DNA of 64,000 bases from Sedimentisphaerales bacterium (GCA_963663805.2 CAXXMR010000002.1:96001-160000); one strand, 5' to 3'; counted from the first letter of the stretch, positions 29,589 through 39,958 are shown. Numbers and translations: made by a program. Notes: generated by a model from the sequence alone, not told the origin.

Positions 29589-30548
29589 TCAAATAGGCAT
29601 CTTAACCGGCGGAGCATGACACTCAGCCAAAGGCCGGAAATATTCCACCACCCGCATCATGCCATCCTCAATACTAACCGTAGGCCGCCACCCCAGCTTC
29701 TCCGCCGCCAGGTCAATTACCGGCTTGCGCCGGGTCGGATCATTTTTAGGTAGTGGCTTATAAATAATCTCCGAAGAAGAATCTGTCATCTCGATTATCA
29801 TCTCCGCCACTTCTTTAATTGTTCGTTCATCCGGATTCCCCAGGTTTACCGGCCCCGTGAAATCATCCTGTCCCATCAGCCGAATCAAACCATCTACCAA
29901 ATCGTCTACATAGCAGAACGACCGCGTCTGCGAACCATCACCAAAAATCGTAATCGGCTCACCCCGCAAAGCCTGCAAGATGAAATTACTTACTACCCGC
30001 CCATCATCGGTCGCCATCCGCGGCCCGTAGGTATTGAATATCCGGGCGATGCGAATATCCACACCGTTTTCCCGGTAATAATCGACCATCAGAGTTTCCG
30101 CCACCCGCTTGCCCTCGTCATAGCAGCTCCGCGGCCCGATCGTATTGACATTACCCCAATATCCCTCCGGCTGAGGGTGTATCTCCGGGTCGCCGTATAT
30201 CTCCGAGGTCGAAGCCTGCAATACCCGGGCCTTAACCTCTTTTGCCAACTCCAAAGCGTGAATTACACCCATAACCGAAGTCAGCACCGTCTTGACCGGA
30301 CTCCGCTGATAATGAATCGGCGATGCCGGGCAAGCCAGGTTATAGATATAATCAACTTCAACCCGGTAAGGGTCTGTCACATCATGACGCAATATCTCCA
30401 GATAATCATGGTGCATCAGGTGACGGATATTGTCCTTGCTGCCCGTATGAAAATTATCCAGAATTATAACCGAATGACCTTCTTTAAGTAGGCGTTCGGT
30501 CAGATGACTGCCGATAAAACCCGCACCACCTGTTATCAGTATTTTCAT
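29589..30548 (-). CDS. UDP-glucuronate decarboxylase (UDP-xylose synthase)
   Basis: [44 protein letters not shown]. Confidence 0.95.
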   Translation of the reverse strand: MKILITGGAGFIGSHLTERLLKEGHSVIILDNFHTGSKDNIRHLMHHDYLEILRHDVTDPYRVEVDYIYNLACPASPIHYQRSPVKTVLTSVMGVIHALELAKEVKARVLQASTSEIYGDPEIHPQPEGYWGNVNTIGPRSCYDEGKRVAETLMVDYYRENGVDIRIARIFNTYGPRMATDDGRVVSNFILQALRGEPITIFGDGSQTRSFCYVDDLVDGLIRLMGQDDFTGPVNLGNPDERTIKEVAEMIIEMTDSSSEIIYKPLPKNDPTRRKPVIDLAAEKLGWRPTVSIEDGMMRVVEYFRPLAECHAPPVKMPI

Positions 30549-30713
30549 GCAAATCCTTATTGTTGGTACGACCCGAATAAACAGATTCCGATTATAGCTA
30601 ATCGCCCCCCAAAAACCAAAGCAACTTTATCCTCCTAAACAATATTTTCGATGACCAAAACTGGAAAAAACGCTCAAAAAAGACAAAAAACAGGCTTTTT
30701 TTGAAAAAAAACC

Positions 30714-32162
30714 CAATCCTGTTCGGCACATTTATTGCTTTAGGCTTTTGGCCTCCTGTATTTTTTTTAAAAAAAACCCGAAATGTTAAGATAGGTAATT
30801 TGCGCTCGAGGGATATTTATGCTCTAATAGGAGGCATGAGTGCTAAGCGTCAGAAAATCAAGGAGCGGGACCTGCGTGGGTTCAAGTATTTCAAGTCCCT
30901 CTCGGCTCTGCTGAAAGGTCTTCACTCGGCGGGATGTGAGCGGGACCGGGCCGGCAATCGCACATTATTCATGGACCAGTATGTCAGTCTGCTGCTGTTA
31001 TACATGTTCAATCCGATCTGCAGTTCCATCCGGTCTTTGCAGCAGGCCGGCGAGCTCAAAAAGGTACAGCGGCTGTTGGGTTGTTCGCGTGCTTCGCTGG
31101 GTTCGCTTTCGGAAGCATCCCGGGTTTTTGAGAGTTCTTTGTTAGAGCCGATAATCGCTCAACTCACTGAGCAGTTAGGGCCGATATCTCAGGACAAAAA
31201 ACTGGAAGTCGGTCAGGTCATTACCCTGGTGGACGGCAGCAGTATTCAGGCTTTGCAAAAACTCACTCAGGCTGCCTGGGACACCGACAAACCCGGAATT
31301 AAAGCACACACTCAGTTTGATCTGGAAAAATATGTGCCTCTGAAAATAAATATCAGTGAAGACAAGTCTGATGAGCGAAAGGTTTTTTTAGAGAATCTTC
31401 AGCCCGGCCGGATTTATGTCAATGATCGCGGATATGCCTGTTTTAAGCTGTTTCAGGCCATTGTGGATAGTAAAAGCTCTTTTGTCTGTCGGCTGCGTGA
31501 GGATACGGTTTACGAAACTATTCAGGAAAAACCTTTAACTGAAGATGCTCGAAAAGCGGGGATAATTTTTGATCGTACGGTAATCGCCGGCAGCAGTGAA
31601 AAACTGCGGGAAGATTTCAAACAACCGTTACGCCTGATAGCGGTTGAATGTCAACCGCATTTGAAACGGGGCCAGGGACCACGTCAGAGTGAGATGATTT
31701 TGATTGCCACCGACCGGCTGGACCTGGACGCCGAAGTCATTGCCCTGCTCTATCAGAAACGCTGGGCCATCGAAATATTTTTCCGCTTTTTTAAGCATGT
31801 GCTGGGCTGCCGACATCTGCTAAGCCTCTGCGAAAACGGTATCGAACTGCAGATGTACGCCGCGATTATCGCCTGTATGCTGATCAGCCTGTGGACGGGC
31901 AAAAAACCAACTTTAAGAACCTACGAAATGCTCTGCTGGCACCTCTGCGGCATGGCCGACGAGCAAGAAATGCAGAACCATATCAATAAACTCCAAAGCC
32001 AAAACTAAGGCCGATCCTCAAAAAAATCGCCGCTGCCGCTGATGCTGCGCCAAAATAACCAGTGCCGACAGTCCCACTGAGGGATAATCCCCGCTAAATC
32101 ATATGAACTGCAAAGACCACAGAAAAACTGTATTTGAGCAATAAATGTGCCGAACAGGATTG
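30714..32162 (+). mobile_element. IS4-family insertion sequence, 1449 bp, apparently intact
   Basis: Perfect 26-bp terminal IRs (CAATCCTGTTCGGCACATTTATTGCT, 30714-30739 and 32137-32162); 9-bp direct repeat AAAAAAACC at 30705-30713 and 32163-32171. Confidence 0.95.
30836..32008 (+). CDS. IS4-family DDE transposase
   Basis: LVDGS, VNDRGY, LYQKRWAIEIFFRFFK (YREK motif). The called TTG at 30701 lies outside IRL, so ATG 30836 is used. Confidence 0.93.
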   Translation: MSAKRQKIKERDLRGFKYFKSLSALLKGLHSAGCERDRAGNRTLFMDQYVSLLLLYMFNPICSSIRSLQQAGELKKVQRLLGCSRASLGSLSEASRVFESSLLEPIIAQLTEQLGPISQDKKLEVGQVITLVDGSSIQALQKLTQAAWDTDKPGIKAHTQFDLEKYVPLKINISEDKSDERKVFLENLQPGRIYVNDRGYACFKLFQAIVDSKSSFVCRLREDTVYETIQEKPLTEDARKAGIIFDRTVIAGSSEKLREDFKQPLRLIAVECQPHLKRGQGPRQSEMILIATDRLDLDAEVIALLYQKRWAIEIFFRFFKHVLGCRHLLSLCENGIELQMYAAIIACMLISLWTGKKPTLRTYEMLCWHLCGMADEQEMQNHINKLQSQN

Positions 32163-32200
32163 AAAAAAACCTTCAAAAATCAATAAAAATCGGTACTTTC

Positions 32201-32288
32201 AGGCTCAAATGCGCTGACTTTTCGACCTTATTTCCCCTGCCTGAACTACTAACTCCAGGCGCACTCCGTCCCCGTCAGCGACCAGCCT
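32201..32288 (-). ncRNA. Candidate structured cis-regulatory RNA downstream of the antiterminator gene
   Basis: Nested stems AGGCU/AGCCU, CGCUGAC/GUCAGCG and GCCUGGA/UUCAGGC; the G-U pair favours the minus strand. Confidence 0.35.
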
Positions 32289-32341
32289 ATTTTGATATAA
32301 CTTTATTTTTAGCAAGCCTTTACATTAAAAATGATAGACTG

Positions 32342-32887
32342 CTATATCTCTTCTAACAAATCAGCGTCGATCTCCACCGCCGCCGACTGACCCAACATCT
32401 CAACTTCCAGTAAAATACGTGTTATCTTGTTACGCCGCAATACTTTACCTTCAGAACCCATCAGGCTGCCGCTGCGGACCCGACACCGTTTCCCAACCTT
32501 CAGCCCCGGATGAGCATCAACCGAAAGACCAGAGCTAAGTGCCTGATGTATCTGTTTTAGCTGGGACTTAAGTCCTGCCTGGTCAGTAACTTCCAAAACT
32601 TGAGCAATGCGATTTGTCCGCAACGCCCGATAACGACCATCCTCATCACCACAAAAAAACAAATAACCACCAAAAAGAGGTACTTGCGAACGCAATACCC
32701 GCCCCCCCCGCCGAGAAACTTTCTCCACCAGAGGCAAAAAATATCCAATTTCATACCTCAGTAAATCCCACGCCAGGGCTTTTTCGTTGCGCGACTTCGT
32801 CCGGGCCACCCACCATTGGCCCGGTAAATCATCCAGTTCTACTCCCTCCGGGTACAACAGGGGCGGATTTTCAGATGTTTTCAGCAT
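32342..32887 (-). CDS. NusG-paralog transcription antiterminator (UpxY/RfaH/LoaP type)
   Basis: WWVARTKSRNEK, YFLPL, PLFGGYLF (NGN domain); GKRCRVRSGSLMGSEG (KOW); sits at the head of the polysaccharide locus. Confidence 0.9.
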   Translation of the reverse strand: MLKTSENPPLLYPEGVELDDLPGQWWVARTKSRNEKALAWDLLRYEIGYFLPLVEKVSRRGGRVLRSQVPLFGGYLFFCGDEDGRYRALRTNRIAQVLEVTDQAGLKSQLKQIHQALSSGLSVDAHPGLKVGKRCRVRSGSLMGSEGKVLRRNKITRILLEVEMLGQSAAVEIDADLLEEI

Positions 32888-33032
32888 TAAAAACTACTAT
32901 ATCTCATCAGGTGCCAGCCGAACTCCTGCGTCGGCCAATTATCATAACTCTCTGTGTTACAATATTATCGGCAATTGTTCGCCTAATATTAAGAGATGAT
33001 GAACAACCTGGATGTAAATCGACAATCGAGTA

Positions 33033-33054
33033 GTCTAACCGCCCCGAAGGTTTA
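33033..33054 (-). promoter_or_regulatory. Putative ops/JUMPstart-like element in the antiterminator leader
   Basis: Minus strand reads TAAACCTTCGGGGCGGTTAGAC, versus the ops core GGCGGTAG. Confidence 0.35.
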
Positions 33055-33111
33055 ATGCAACAGACCGGAATTTTATGGCACCATGGCAAGTGCTATGGAT
33101 ATTAGGGGGGA

Positions 33112-34836
33112 TTACCTGCGAGGGGCCGCTCTTTTGACTTCATAAAAAATGGGCCGACCTTCAAAGGAGGGGGGATTGGCGATTATACAACAGTGGTGCT
33201 CTATGAATCTGTCGTTGGCAATACAGATTACCCGGCTGGAAGCAGGGGTTTTGGGTACAACCCAGACATCAAAATCTTTGCCTTCGACAAGTTCAATGTT
33301 ATAGCCGCGATTTTTATAATAGCGAATTGGTCGCCAGCCATGTTTGGTATATTCAGTTAATTTTATTTTCCAGACTTTTTTCGAGTCGATATCGTGAAGG
33401 ATTCTCACTAAAGGGCCCATTGAGCTTTCGATGGCCCAGCCGTGGGGGTGAACCTGGACCGCGTTACCTGACGGCCAATTACGAAAACAAAAAAATACTG
33501 TCACTGACAAACAGACCAAAACCAAAATATAACGAATTGCCGGTAGAACACGAATAGTACTAATAGTTTTATCCATGATTATGACTGCTGCCGGCAGGAT
33601 TAACGCCAGTAAAAATACCCCGTTCCGCGGCATCCCCAGCGAAACATCCATAATCACCCGTTGAAACCACATTATTATCAGAGTCGCAATACTTAGTAAT
33701 ACCACCTGAAAACCAGGCTTACAAAGAAGACTATAAAAATTCAGACCTTTCCTGAGTTTTATAATAGCCCGAACAGCGCAGATAATCACGCATATCAGCA
33801 ACAACGCCAGAGCTGCTTTGTAGATATGATTGTTAAATTCAAAACTGTGGTATTCCCGGAAGACCAAGGGCTGCCAGAGTACTTGCTTCATGTAAACGCC
33901 AAACGGCTCAGAAACTTTGAATACTTTACTCAAACGCCTGATTTCCGGTAGTGCCGGCCGGTAAAACAGATATAACGAAACAGCGGTCCCCAGCCCGATC
34001 GTGGCTAGACGGATATACGCTTTATGCAGCATATCCTTACCCTTGCCGCGTGAATCCAACAGCAGCCAAACCACAAAAAATATATTAATGCTCACCAATA
34101 TCGGTAAACTTGAAAGCATGGCGCCCAGAGCCAGGAAATTCATCACGATAAAAAAGAATACCACGCGCCATCGATAAACCTCGTTATCATTTTCCTTACG
34201 GCAAAGATGAATTAATGCCGTGATACCGGCAAAAGCCGCACCCAGACCGATAGCGTAACCACGCCCCAGATAACTAAGGTCCAGAATAAACCAGTTCATG
34301 AGTATCAGAAGAATTGCCGTGATTTGCAAAAGTCGGGACGATACAGTTTTTCTCAAAATTATCGCGACGGCCCCGCAAAATATAATCCCAAATATAACTG
34401 CCGGTATACGCAGAAAATGGTCATATCCCCCCAGGAGTTTTTCGGTAAGCACAATAAAAACCGAGTTCAGGACATGGTTGTTGGTATAATAATTCGTTAT
34501 CGCTGTACGCAGATCCCGGCAATAATCCTCATAGGTCCAGACCTCGTCAAAAATAATCCCGGTGTTATGAGCTTTGTAAATACGAAATAAAACCGCAACG
34601 AGAAGACATCCCCAGAAAATATAATCCCAAACGGTGATTTTTAATGATAGTGATTTAATGCTAAGCGGCTTGTGGTTAGTTGCCGGATTGTCAGTTTTTC
34701 CTATCACCCTTATATTCTCCAGTTTTGTTATCAGTAAGATTTTCTTTATCAACGCCTTGAAGGAGGCATGATACCCTACCATAACACCGATAGCCACCCC
34801 AAATCCGATGATTGTCGCCCCCAGGACTTTGCCCAT
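33112..34836 (-). CDS. Polytopic GT-C-type membrane glycosyltransferase (ArnT/GT39-like); start uncertain
   Basis: FDEVWTY after TM1, NNHVLNS, LRIPA, GRGYA; many TM helices. Confidence 0.7.
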   Translation of the reverse strand: MGKVLGATIIGFGVAIGVMVGYHASFKALIKKILLITKLENIRVIGKTDNPATNHKPLSIKSLSLKITVWDYIFWGCLLVAVLFRIYKAHNTGIIFDEVWTYEDYCRDLRTAITNYYTNNHVLNSVFIVLTEKLLGGYDHFLRIPAVIFGIIFCGAVAIILRKTVSSRLLQITAILLILMNWFILDLSYLGRGYAIGLGAAFAGITALIHLCRKENDNEVYRWRVVFFFIVMNFLALGAMLSSLPILVSINIFFVVWLLLDSRGKGKDMLHKAYIRLATIGLGTAVSLYLFYRPALPEIRRLSKVFKVSEPFGVYMKQVLWQPLVFREYHSFEFNNHIYKAALALLLICVIICAVRAIIKLRKGLNFYSLLCKPGFQVVLLSIATLIIMWFQRVIMDVSLGMPRNGVFLLALILPAAVIIMDKTISTIRVLPAIRYILVLVCLSVTVFFCFRNWPSGNAVQVHPHGWAIESSMGPLVRILHDIDSKKVWKIKLTEYTKHGWRPIRYYKNRGYNIELVEGKDFDVWVVPKTPASSRVICIANDRFIEHHCCIIANPPSFEGRPIFYEVKRAAPRR

Positions 34837-34844
34837 TCCCCCAA

Positions 34845-36059
34845 CTAGAATCCCGGCATTCCCCGGTGATTTCCGCCCACAATCGCCTTGCCCTCAATCT
34901 CCACCAACCAGCCCGGTCGGCACACCGGTGCCCGCATTATCACCATTGGAACCTCACCCAGCCGCTCCCGCATTTTTGTACCGACCAATTCCGCGTCACA
35001 AATATCCCGCAGATAAACCAGCACCACCGCCATATCTTCCAGCTCCGCCCCGGCGGCCCTGAGAACCGCCTGGGAATTTTCCAGAGTACGTTCCAGCTGT
35101 TTGCCCACATCCCCCTCATGTAAGATTTTGCCTTCCCTGTCGATACTCGCCGTCCCCGAAAGCAGCACATGTTTACGGTCCCGATACGCCAGGGCTGTAC
35201 CTCGCTCAAAAGTTACCCCATAAACATTTGTCGGGCTCATATACTCCGGCACATGCAGATATTCCACCTGTTCAGCCCGCACCGCTTCTATCGCGTAAGC
35301 GTCCATTAAAACCTTGACCGCCGGGTCCGCATAATTTCCTTCGATACCCGTACTGGCGATATAATGCGTATCTGCCCTCAGCCCGCACCGTTCAAAAAGC
35401 TCCCGCCGCGCCTCCACCAGCCCCTTATAGTTCGCGTCCACGTTCTGTACGAAAAGCCAGGTCCGCACCACATTATCCGTCAGTGTCATATTATGTTTCT
35501 GTAGATAATCCTCATAAAACTCGAATACCTTTTCGGTCTGTTCATACGAGCTTTCAAACTCTCCCGTATTCAGCCCTGTCGTCCAGTGATGCGTCAGTCT
35601 GCCCCGCTGGACCCGCACCGAGCGTCCCTCCTTAATCTTTGCTAAATCGCCCCGGTCATCTTCCACATGATACGCCCACAGTACCACCTTACTGACTCCC
35701 ATCGGCGGTTGGCCCACCCAACTGACCGCGCAGGTCTCCGTGCTGTCGGGGTTTGCCAGATAATTACTGGCCAGAACCGCCTGCTGGTTTACCAGGTCGC
35801 TGCAAAAATATCGCCGCGCTACCGCACCAGCCATTCCCAACCCCAGCTCCGCCAATGCCTCGCTATATCCTGCCAACACCTCAGCCAACTGCTTTTCAAA
35901 AAGCCCGTACTCATCAGGCGTAACCACCAGATGGTATTCCGTTACCCCATCTGTTCCCCGAAACCGTGAAACCTTAACAGACACATTCGCTCCTGCCTGT
36001 CCTGAATATTCCATCCGCCCGCCCAGATAAAAATCAGATTTATTATCAATAGTTGTCAT
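34845..36059 (-). CDS. Rid/YjgF-superfamily (chorismatase-like) protein
   Basis: VVRTWLFV, ASTGIEG, VTFERG, LSGTASID, APVCRPGWLVEIE. Confidence 0.8.
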   Translation of the reverse strand: MTTIDNKSDFYLGGRMEYSGQAGANVSVKVSRFRGTDGVTEYHLVVTPDEYGLFEKQLAEVLAGYSEALAELGLGMAGAVARRYFCSDLVNQQAVLASNYLANPDSTETCAVSWVGQPPMGVSKVVLWAYHVEDDRGDLAKIKEGRSVRVQRGRLTHHWTTGLNTGEFESSYEQTEKVFEFYEDYLQKHNMTLTDNVVRTWLFVQNVDANYKGLVEARRELFERCGLRADTHYIASTGIEGNYADPAVKVLMDAYAIEAVRAEQVEYLHVPEYMSPTNVYGVTFERGTALAYRDRKHVLLSGTASIDREGKILHEGDVGKQLERTLENSQAVLRAAGAELEDMAVVLVYLRDICDAELVGTKMRERLGEVPMVIMRAPVCRPGWLVEIEGKAIVGGNHRGMPGF

Positions 36060-36104
36060 TAAGTAAAAAACTTTCTCAAAAAAATGTCAGAGCCGCACAC
36101 ATTT

Positions 36105-36134
36105 CAGAGCCGCGCACGTTAGTAAGCGGTTGCC
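36105..36134 (+). repeat. REP-like palindromic element, copy 2 (partial copy at 36088)
   Basis: CAGAGCCGCGCACGTTAGTAAGCGGTTGCC. Confidence 0.9.
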
Positions 36135-36136
36135 TT

Positions 36137-38620
36137 TTATCGTTCCTGCCTCATGCCACTTGTCTCATGCCTTCCAACACCAACTACCTCAACGGGTATT
36201 GCCGGCAAAACTCCCATCGACACTCGCTGAATCTGTTTACCCTTATTGGTCTGTCGTTCGATGCTCCTGAATGTTTCGACAATCAGATTATCCTGATAGC
36301 CATCCAGTGAAGTTCCTTCTTCAACCTGAATCTTAAACGCCAGGCCGTTCCGCACCGTCCGCACATCCGCCAGACTAAAGCCCGCCGGTGCATCATTCAA
36401 CTCCAGTTCCAGTTCATCAAGTAGAGGTCGCCGCGGCGTACGTATAACCACTTGCGTACTGCCGCCCGCCGGAATATTTATCCGCTCGGTACTCGCCAGT
36501 TTCATATCGGGACTCTTCCACCTTACTTTTTGAACCTCCAGAACCTGCTCCCGCACCGGCACCAGATGCCGCCACAAAAACGCCTGCATCATATTTTCAG
36601 CCGGAACCGCCGCCCGCCGCAACGTTTTACCCGCGATCATCGCTTCACCTTCAAACCGCAGATTCACCAGGGCCTCCTTCGTGCCATTGGGAACCTTAAT
36701 CGTCATCTTGACCTCATCACGACCAGCCGGAATCAAACCGCCGGCCAGCTCAAAGCCTGCCGGTGCATCCTTCAGATTAATCGCAATCTCACCCTCGAAA
36801 TCATTCTTTCGCAAAGCGTGTACGCAAACCGGCACCAGCCCGCCGGTTTGCGCCGTCAAACTCGGCGGCGTAACCCGCAGTTCATAATCACCTTGTGCTT
36901 GAGATATGTGCAGCCGATACGCGTAAGCCTGCCCACCGTGCTGCTGAGTCTCCGCAAGATGCACATAATAACTGCCGTCCTCCGGCAGCTTCACCCGCAG
37001 ATAAGAATCCGCGTGATGGGTCATTAACCCCACAATATCCAGATGCAGATGTCCCTCTTTTACCATGTGGTCATCGTTCCAGTCCAGCACTTCACCTGCC
37101 TGATTCGTAAGCTTCAACAGCGAATCAATCGGCGAGTTAAGCCGCCGCCCGAAAACTTCGATAACCACTTCCGTGCCCGCCTTGCCCTCCAGCCGGAAAA
37201 TATCAACGTCATTGGCCTTTTCGATTCGACCGTTGACAATCATCGGCAGCGTAACCGCCTGAGCCCCCTCGATATTATCGTTACCCTCAGCCTCCATACA
37301 TTCCGGCAAATCATCCACCGCGTAAGTAACCAAATTGGAAAGCCGTTCCCGGCGCGAGAACATTGTTTGTTTAATCCCGCAATCATCCGCCTTACTCTCC
37401 AGCGTCAATTCCTTACGGGCCAGGTTCCAGCCTCGAATCTGAGCCTTGCTCTCACTGCCCGCGGTCGTACCCAGCGGAAAAATCTGCGTAATAAATGGCA
37501 GTTCGCCCACTGCCACCCGATACACAAAATCTTCACGTCCCCGATAAATCGAATCTCGTATCTCCAGCGTATATTCGCCATCCTGCGGTATCCGATACAG
37601 TAGCACCGGGTCCGGATTAAACTGGTAGTCATCCGCGTAGGCTACCTCATTGCCCTTGTCGTCATACAATGCCAGCGTCGCCTGAAACCAACCCGGCACC
37701 GCGTCGGCCAGATAGGGTATCAAACTCCGGGCCTCAGTTTCAATCACCAGCTTCTGTCCCCGCACCGCTTCGAACCGCCACTTGTCAACATCACCCGGCA
37801 TAATTTGCCCGTTCAGCACCACTGGCAGAGTCACCACATCCGGCCTCAAAAACTTTTCCATGCGCCACCGGCCCGGAAACTTCTCATCGCCGTTTGGCTC
37901 CAGCTCATAAACTTCCGGCAGAGAACCTATCTGAAACGCCAGCGGATTTGTCAATCCCATCCTGCCGCTCGCCCGCAGTTCCCGGAACCCCGGCTCCGCG
38001 TTCTTATCTATCGTCACCTCTACCGTCAGAGATTCCGCCAACTGACGATTATCCTGCATCTTGTCACGGTCGTAGTACAACAGACTGCTGATATGGGCCA
38101 GCTCCCGCAGGTTTTTGTTCTCCAGGTCATAAAGCAGATAATGCTTGGGCATCTTCACTACGCCGTTATCAGCACTTTTATTTTTACGGACCTGATTATT
38201 TTTCGGGTTATCTGATTCTGACGCCGGCGTTTTTTTCTCAGGTTTCAGTTCCGCTCCCTGGCCGGCCCTGTTCCTGGCAATCTGAGCGTTGACTCCCATC
38301 TCCTCCAGCCGTGTATCGGTCAATTCCTTAAGAGTTTCACGAACCAGCACCCGCTGTTCCGGCTGAACACCCTTCATGCTCCTGCCGTGTTCCATAATCC
38401 GGGCCGTAACCCCCGCACCCGTAACATAAACTTCCTGAGCCCCGCCCAGATACTGACCGCCTATCGTTACGATGAACGTCTGACCCTGCTGACCGCCGGC
38501 TGGATAAATATAGCCGATATGCGGGACACGTTCAGCCGCCTGGCCCCATACCGATGACGAACCGAAAACCAGCACCGTCCCAAATAATATCACGATTTTT
38601 AACTTTGCCATAATATCCAT
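36137..38620 (-). CDS. Exported planctomycete protein with PPC (pre-peptidase C-terminal) domains
   Basis: IGYIYPAGGQQG, E.EPN, LPVVLNGQI..GDVD, DP.LLY..P.DGEY.LEIRD, FVYRV; start moved downstream of the DUF1501 stop. Confidence 0.8.
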   Translation of the reverse strand: MDIMAKLKIVILFGTVLVFGSSSVWGQAAERVPHIGYIYPAGGQQGQTFIVTIGGQYLGGAQEVYVTGAGVTARIMEHGRSMKGVQPEQRVLVRETLKELTDTRLEEMGVNAQIARNRAGQGAELKPEKKTPASESDNPKNNQVRKNKSADNGVVKMPKHYLLYDLENKNLRELAHISSLLYYDRDKMQDNRQLAESLTVEVTIDKNAEPGFRELRASGRMGLTNPLAFQIGSLPEVYELEPNGDEKFPGRWRMEKFLRPDVVTLPVVLNGQIMPGDVDKWRFEAVRGQKLVIETEARSLIPYLADAVPGWFQATLALYDDKGNEVAYADDYQFNPDPVLLYRIPQDGEYTLEIRDSIYRGREDFVYRVAVGELPFITQIFPLGTTAGSESKAQIRGWNLARKELTLESKADDCGIKQTMFSRRERLSNLVTYAVDDLPECMEAEGNDNIEGAQAVTLPMIVNGRIEKANDVDIFRLEGKAGTEVVIEVFGRRLNSPIDSLLKLTNQAGEVLDWNDDHMVKEGHLHLDIVGLMTHHADSYLRVKLPEDGSYYVHLAETQQHGGQAYAYRLHISQAQGDYELRVTPPSLTAQTGGLVPVCVHALRKNDFEGEIAINLKDAPAGFELAGGLIPAGRDEVKMTIKVPNGTKEALVNLRFEGEAMIAGKTLRRAAVPAENMMQAFLWRHLVPVREQVLEVQKVRWKSPDMKLASTERINIPAGGSTQVVIRTPRRPLLDELELELNDAPAGFSLADVRTVRNGLAFKIQVEEGTSLDGYQDNLIVETFRSIERQTNKGKQIQRVSMGVLPAIPVEVVGVGRHETSGMRQER

Positions 38621-38631
38621 TATATGCTCAC

Positions 38632-39936
38632 TCACATAATCTCGCTCAACCGTCCCTTGCCATCCTGCGTCGTCGGCATCACACTGACATCCAGCCCGCA
38701 TTTATTCGGCAGCTTTCCCGCCGGGTCAATCCCCATCTGTTCATAAATGCTCGCGATAAGTTCTTCCGGATAAACCGGTCGCGCCGCGACTTCCTCGCCC
38801 CGTTTGTCCGAACTGCCCACCACCTGCCCGCCTTTGAAACCACCGCCGGCCAGCACCGAACAGAAACAATTACCAAAATGTGACCGTCCCCCATTCCACG
38901 GCGACTCCCACATCACTTTGGGAGTCCTGCCAAACTCGCCGCCCCACCATACAATTGTACTGTCCAGCAGTCCTCTATCCGACAAATCCTCCAGCAAAGT
39001 CGCCATCCCCGCGTCCAACTCCGGCAGCTTGCGGTTCATCGCCTCAAAATGCTGTTTATGCGTATCCCAACCGCGGTAGTTAATCGTAACATAAGGCACG
39101 CCGCTTTCCACCAGCCGCCGGGCCGTCAGACACGCCTGGCCAAAAGTATTCTTGCCGTAACGCTCCCGCAGCTCATCTTTTTCCTGCGTCAAATCAAACA
39201 GCTCTCGCGCCTCGCCAAACATCAAATCATAAGCGTTCTTTTCGCAAACCTCCAGTTTGGCAAACTCCGCATTGCTTTCCATAGCCCCGCCCAGCGTATC
39301 AAGTTTGTCGAGCAGTTTCCGCCGCTGCTGCTGACGCTCATCCGAAATCCCTTCGCTGATAATCCCTTCCACCGCGAATGGTTCTTTGGCCGGGTCACCG
39401 CCGGTTGCGAACGGTTTGTATCGCGGCCCCAGAAAGCCCGCCTCCGAGAACCGTCCCTGCGGCTCAGTCAAAACAATATAAGGCGGCACCAGCCCTTTAT
39501 ACCCCGCGTCCAGCCCCTTAAACAGGGACACTACCGCACCAGCCGACGGAAAAACCTGACGACCCGGCTCACGCCCCGTCTGCACTCGATAGGATGCCGT
39601 TTCGTGAGCGTTTATCCGATGCGTCATACTGCGTATTATCGAGTATTTATCCGCCTGACCCGCCAGCTTCGGCAGCAGTTGGCCAATCTGAATACCTTTT
39701 ACATTAGTTTCTATCGGCTTATCCAGAGGTCCGCAATAATCATATCCGGCTTCCGGTTTCGGATCAAACGTATCCAGATGAGCCGGCCCACCCCACATCC
39801 ATATCTGTATCACCGACTTGGCCTTGCCCCCAATCACTCCCGGCGAACCAAATGCCGCCAGACTGTCCCCTAATGCTATTCCGCCCACACCCGCCAAAGA
39901 CCATCTCAATAATTCACGCCGACTTATGATATTCAT
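38632..39936 (-). CDS. DUF1501 domain protein with Tat signal
   Basis: SRRELL Tat motif; GGPAHLDTFDPKP, GWDTH, GEFGRTP, GRSH. Confidence 0.92.
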   Translation of the reverse strand: MNIISRRELLRWSLAGVGGIALGDSLAAFGSPGVIGGKAKSVIQIWMWGGPAHLDTFDPKPEAGYDYCGPLDKPIETNVKGIQIGQLLPKLAGQADKYSIIRSMTHRINAHETASYRVQTGREPGRQVFPSAGAVVSLFKGLDAGYKGLVPPYIVLTEPQGRFSEAGFLGPRYKPFATGGDPAKEPFAVEGIISEGISDERQQQRRKLLDKLDTLGGAMESNAEFAKLEVCEKNAYDLMFGEARELFDLTQEKDELRERYGKNTFGQACLTARRLVESGVPYVTINYRGWDTHKQHFEAMNRKLPELDAGMATLLEDLSDRGLLDSTIVWWGGEFGRTPKVMWESPWNGGRSHFGNCFCSVLAGGGFKGGQVVGSSDKRGEEVAARPVYPEELIASIYEQMGIDPAGKLPNKCGLDVSVMPTTQDGKGRLSEIM

Positions 39937-39958
39937 ATTAAACTCTCAATTAGTTTGT

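Noticed and set aside
30701..30835. N-terminal extension of the transposase ORF
   Set aside because: Starts outside the left inverted repeat and runs through IR and low-complexity sequence.
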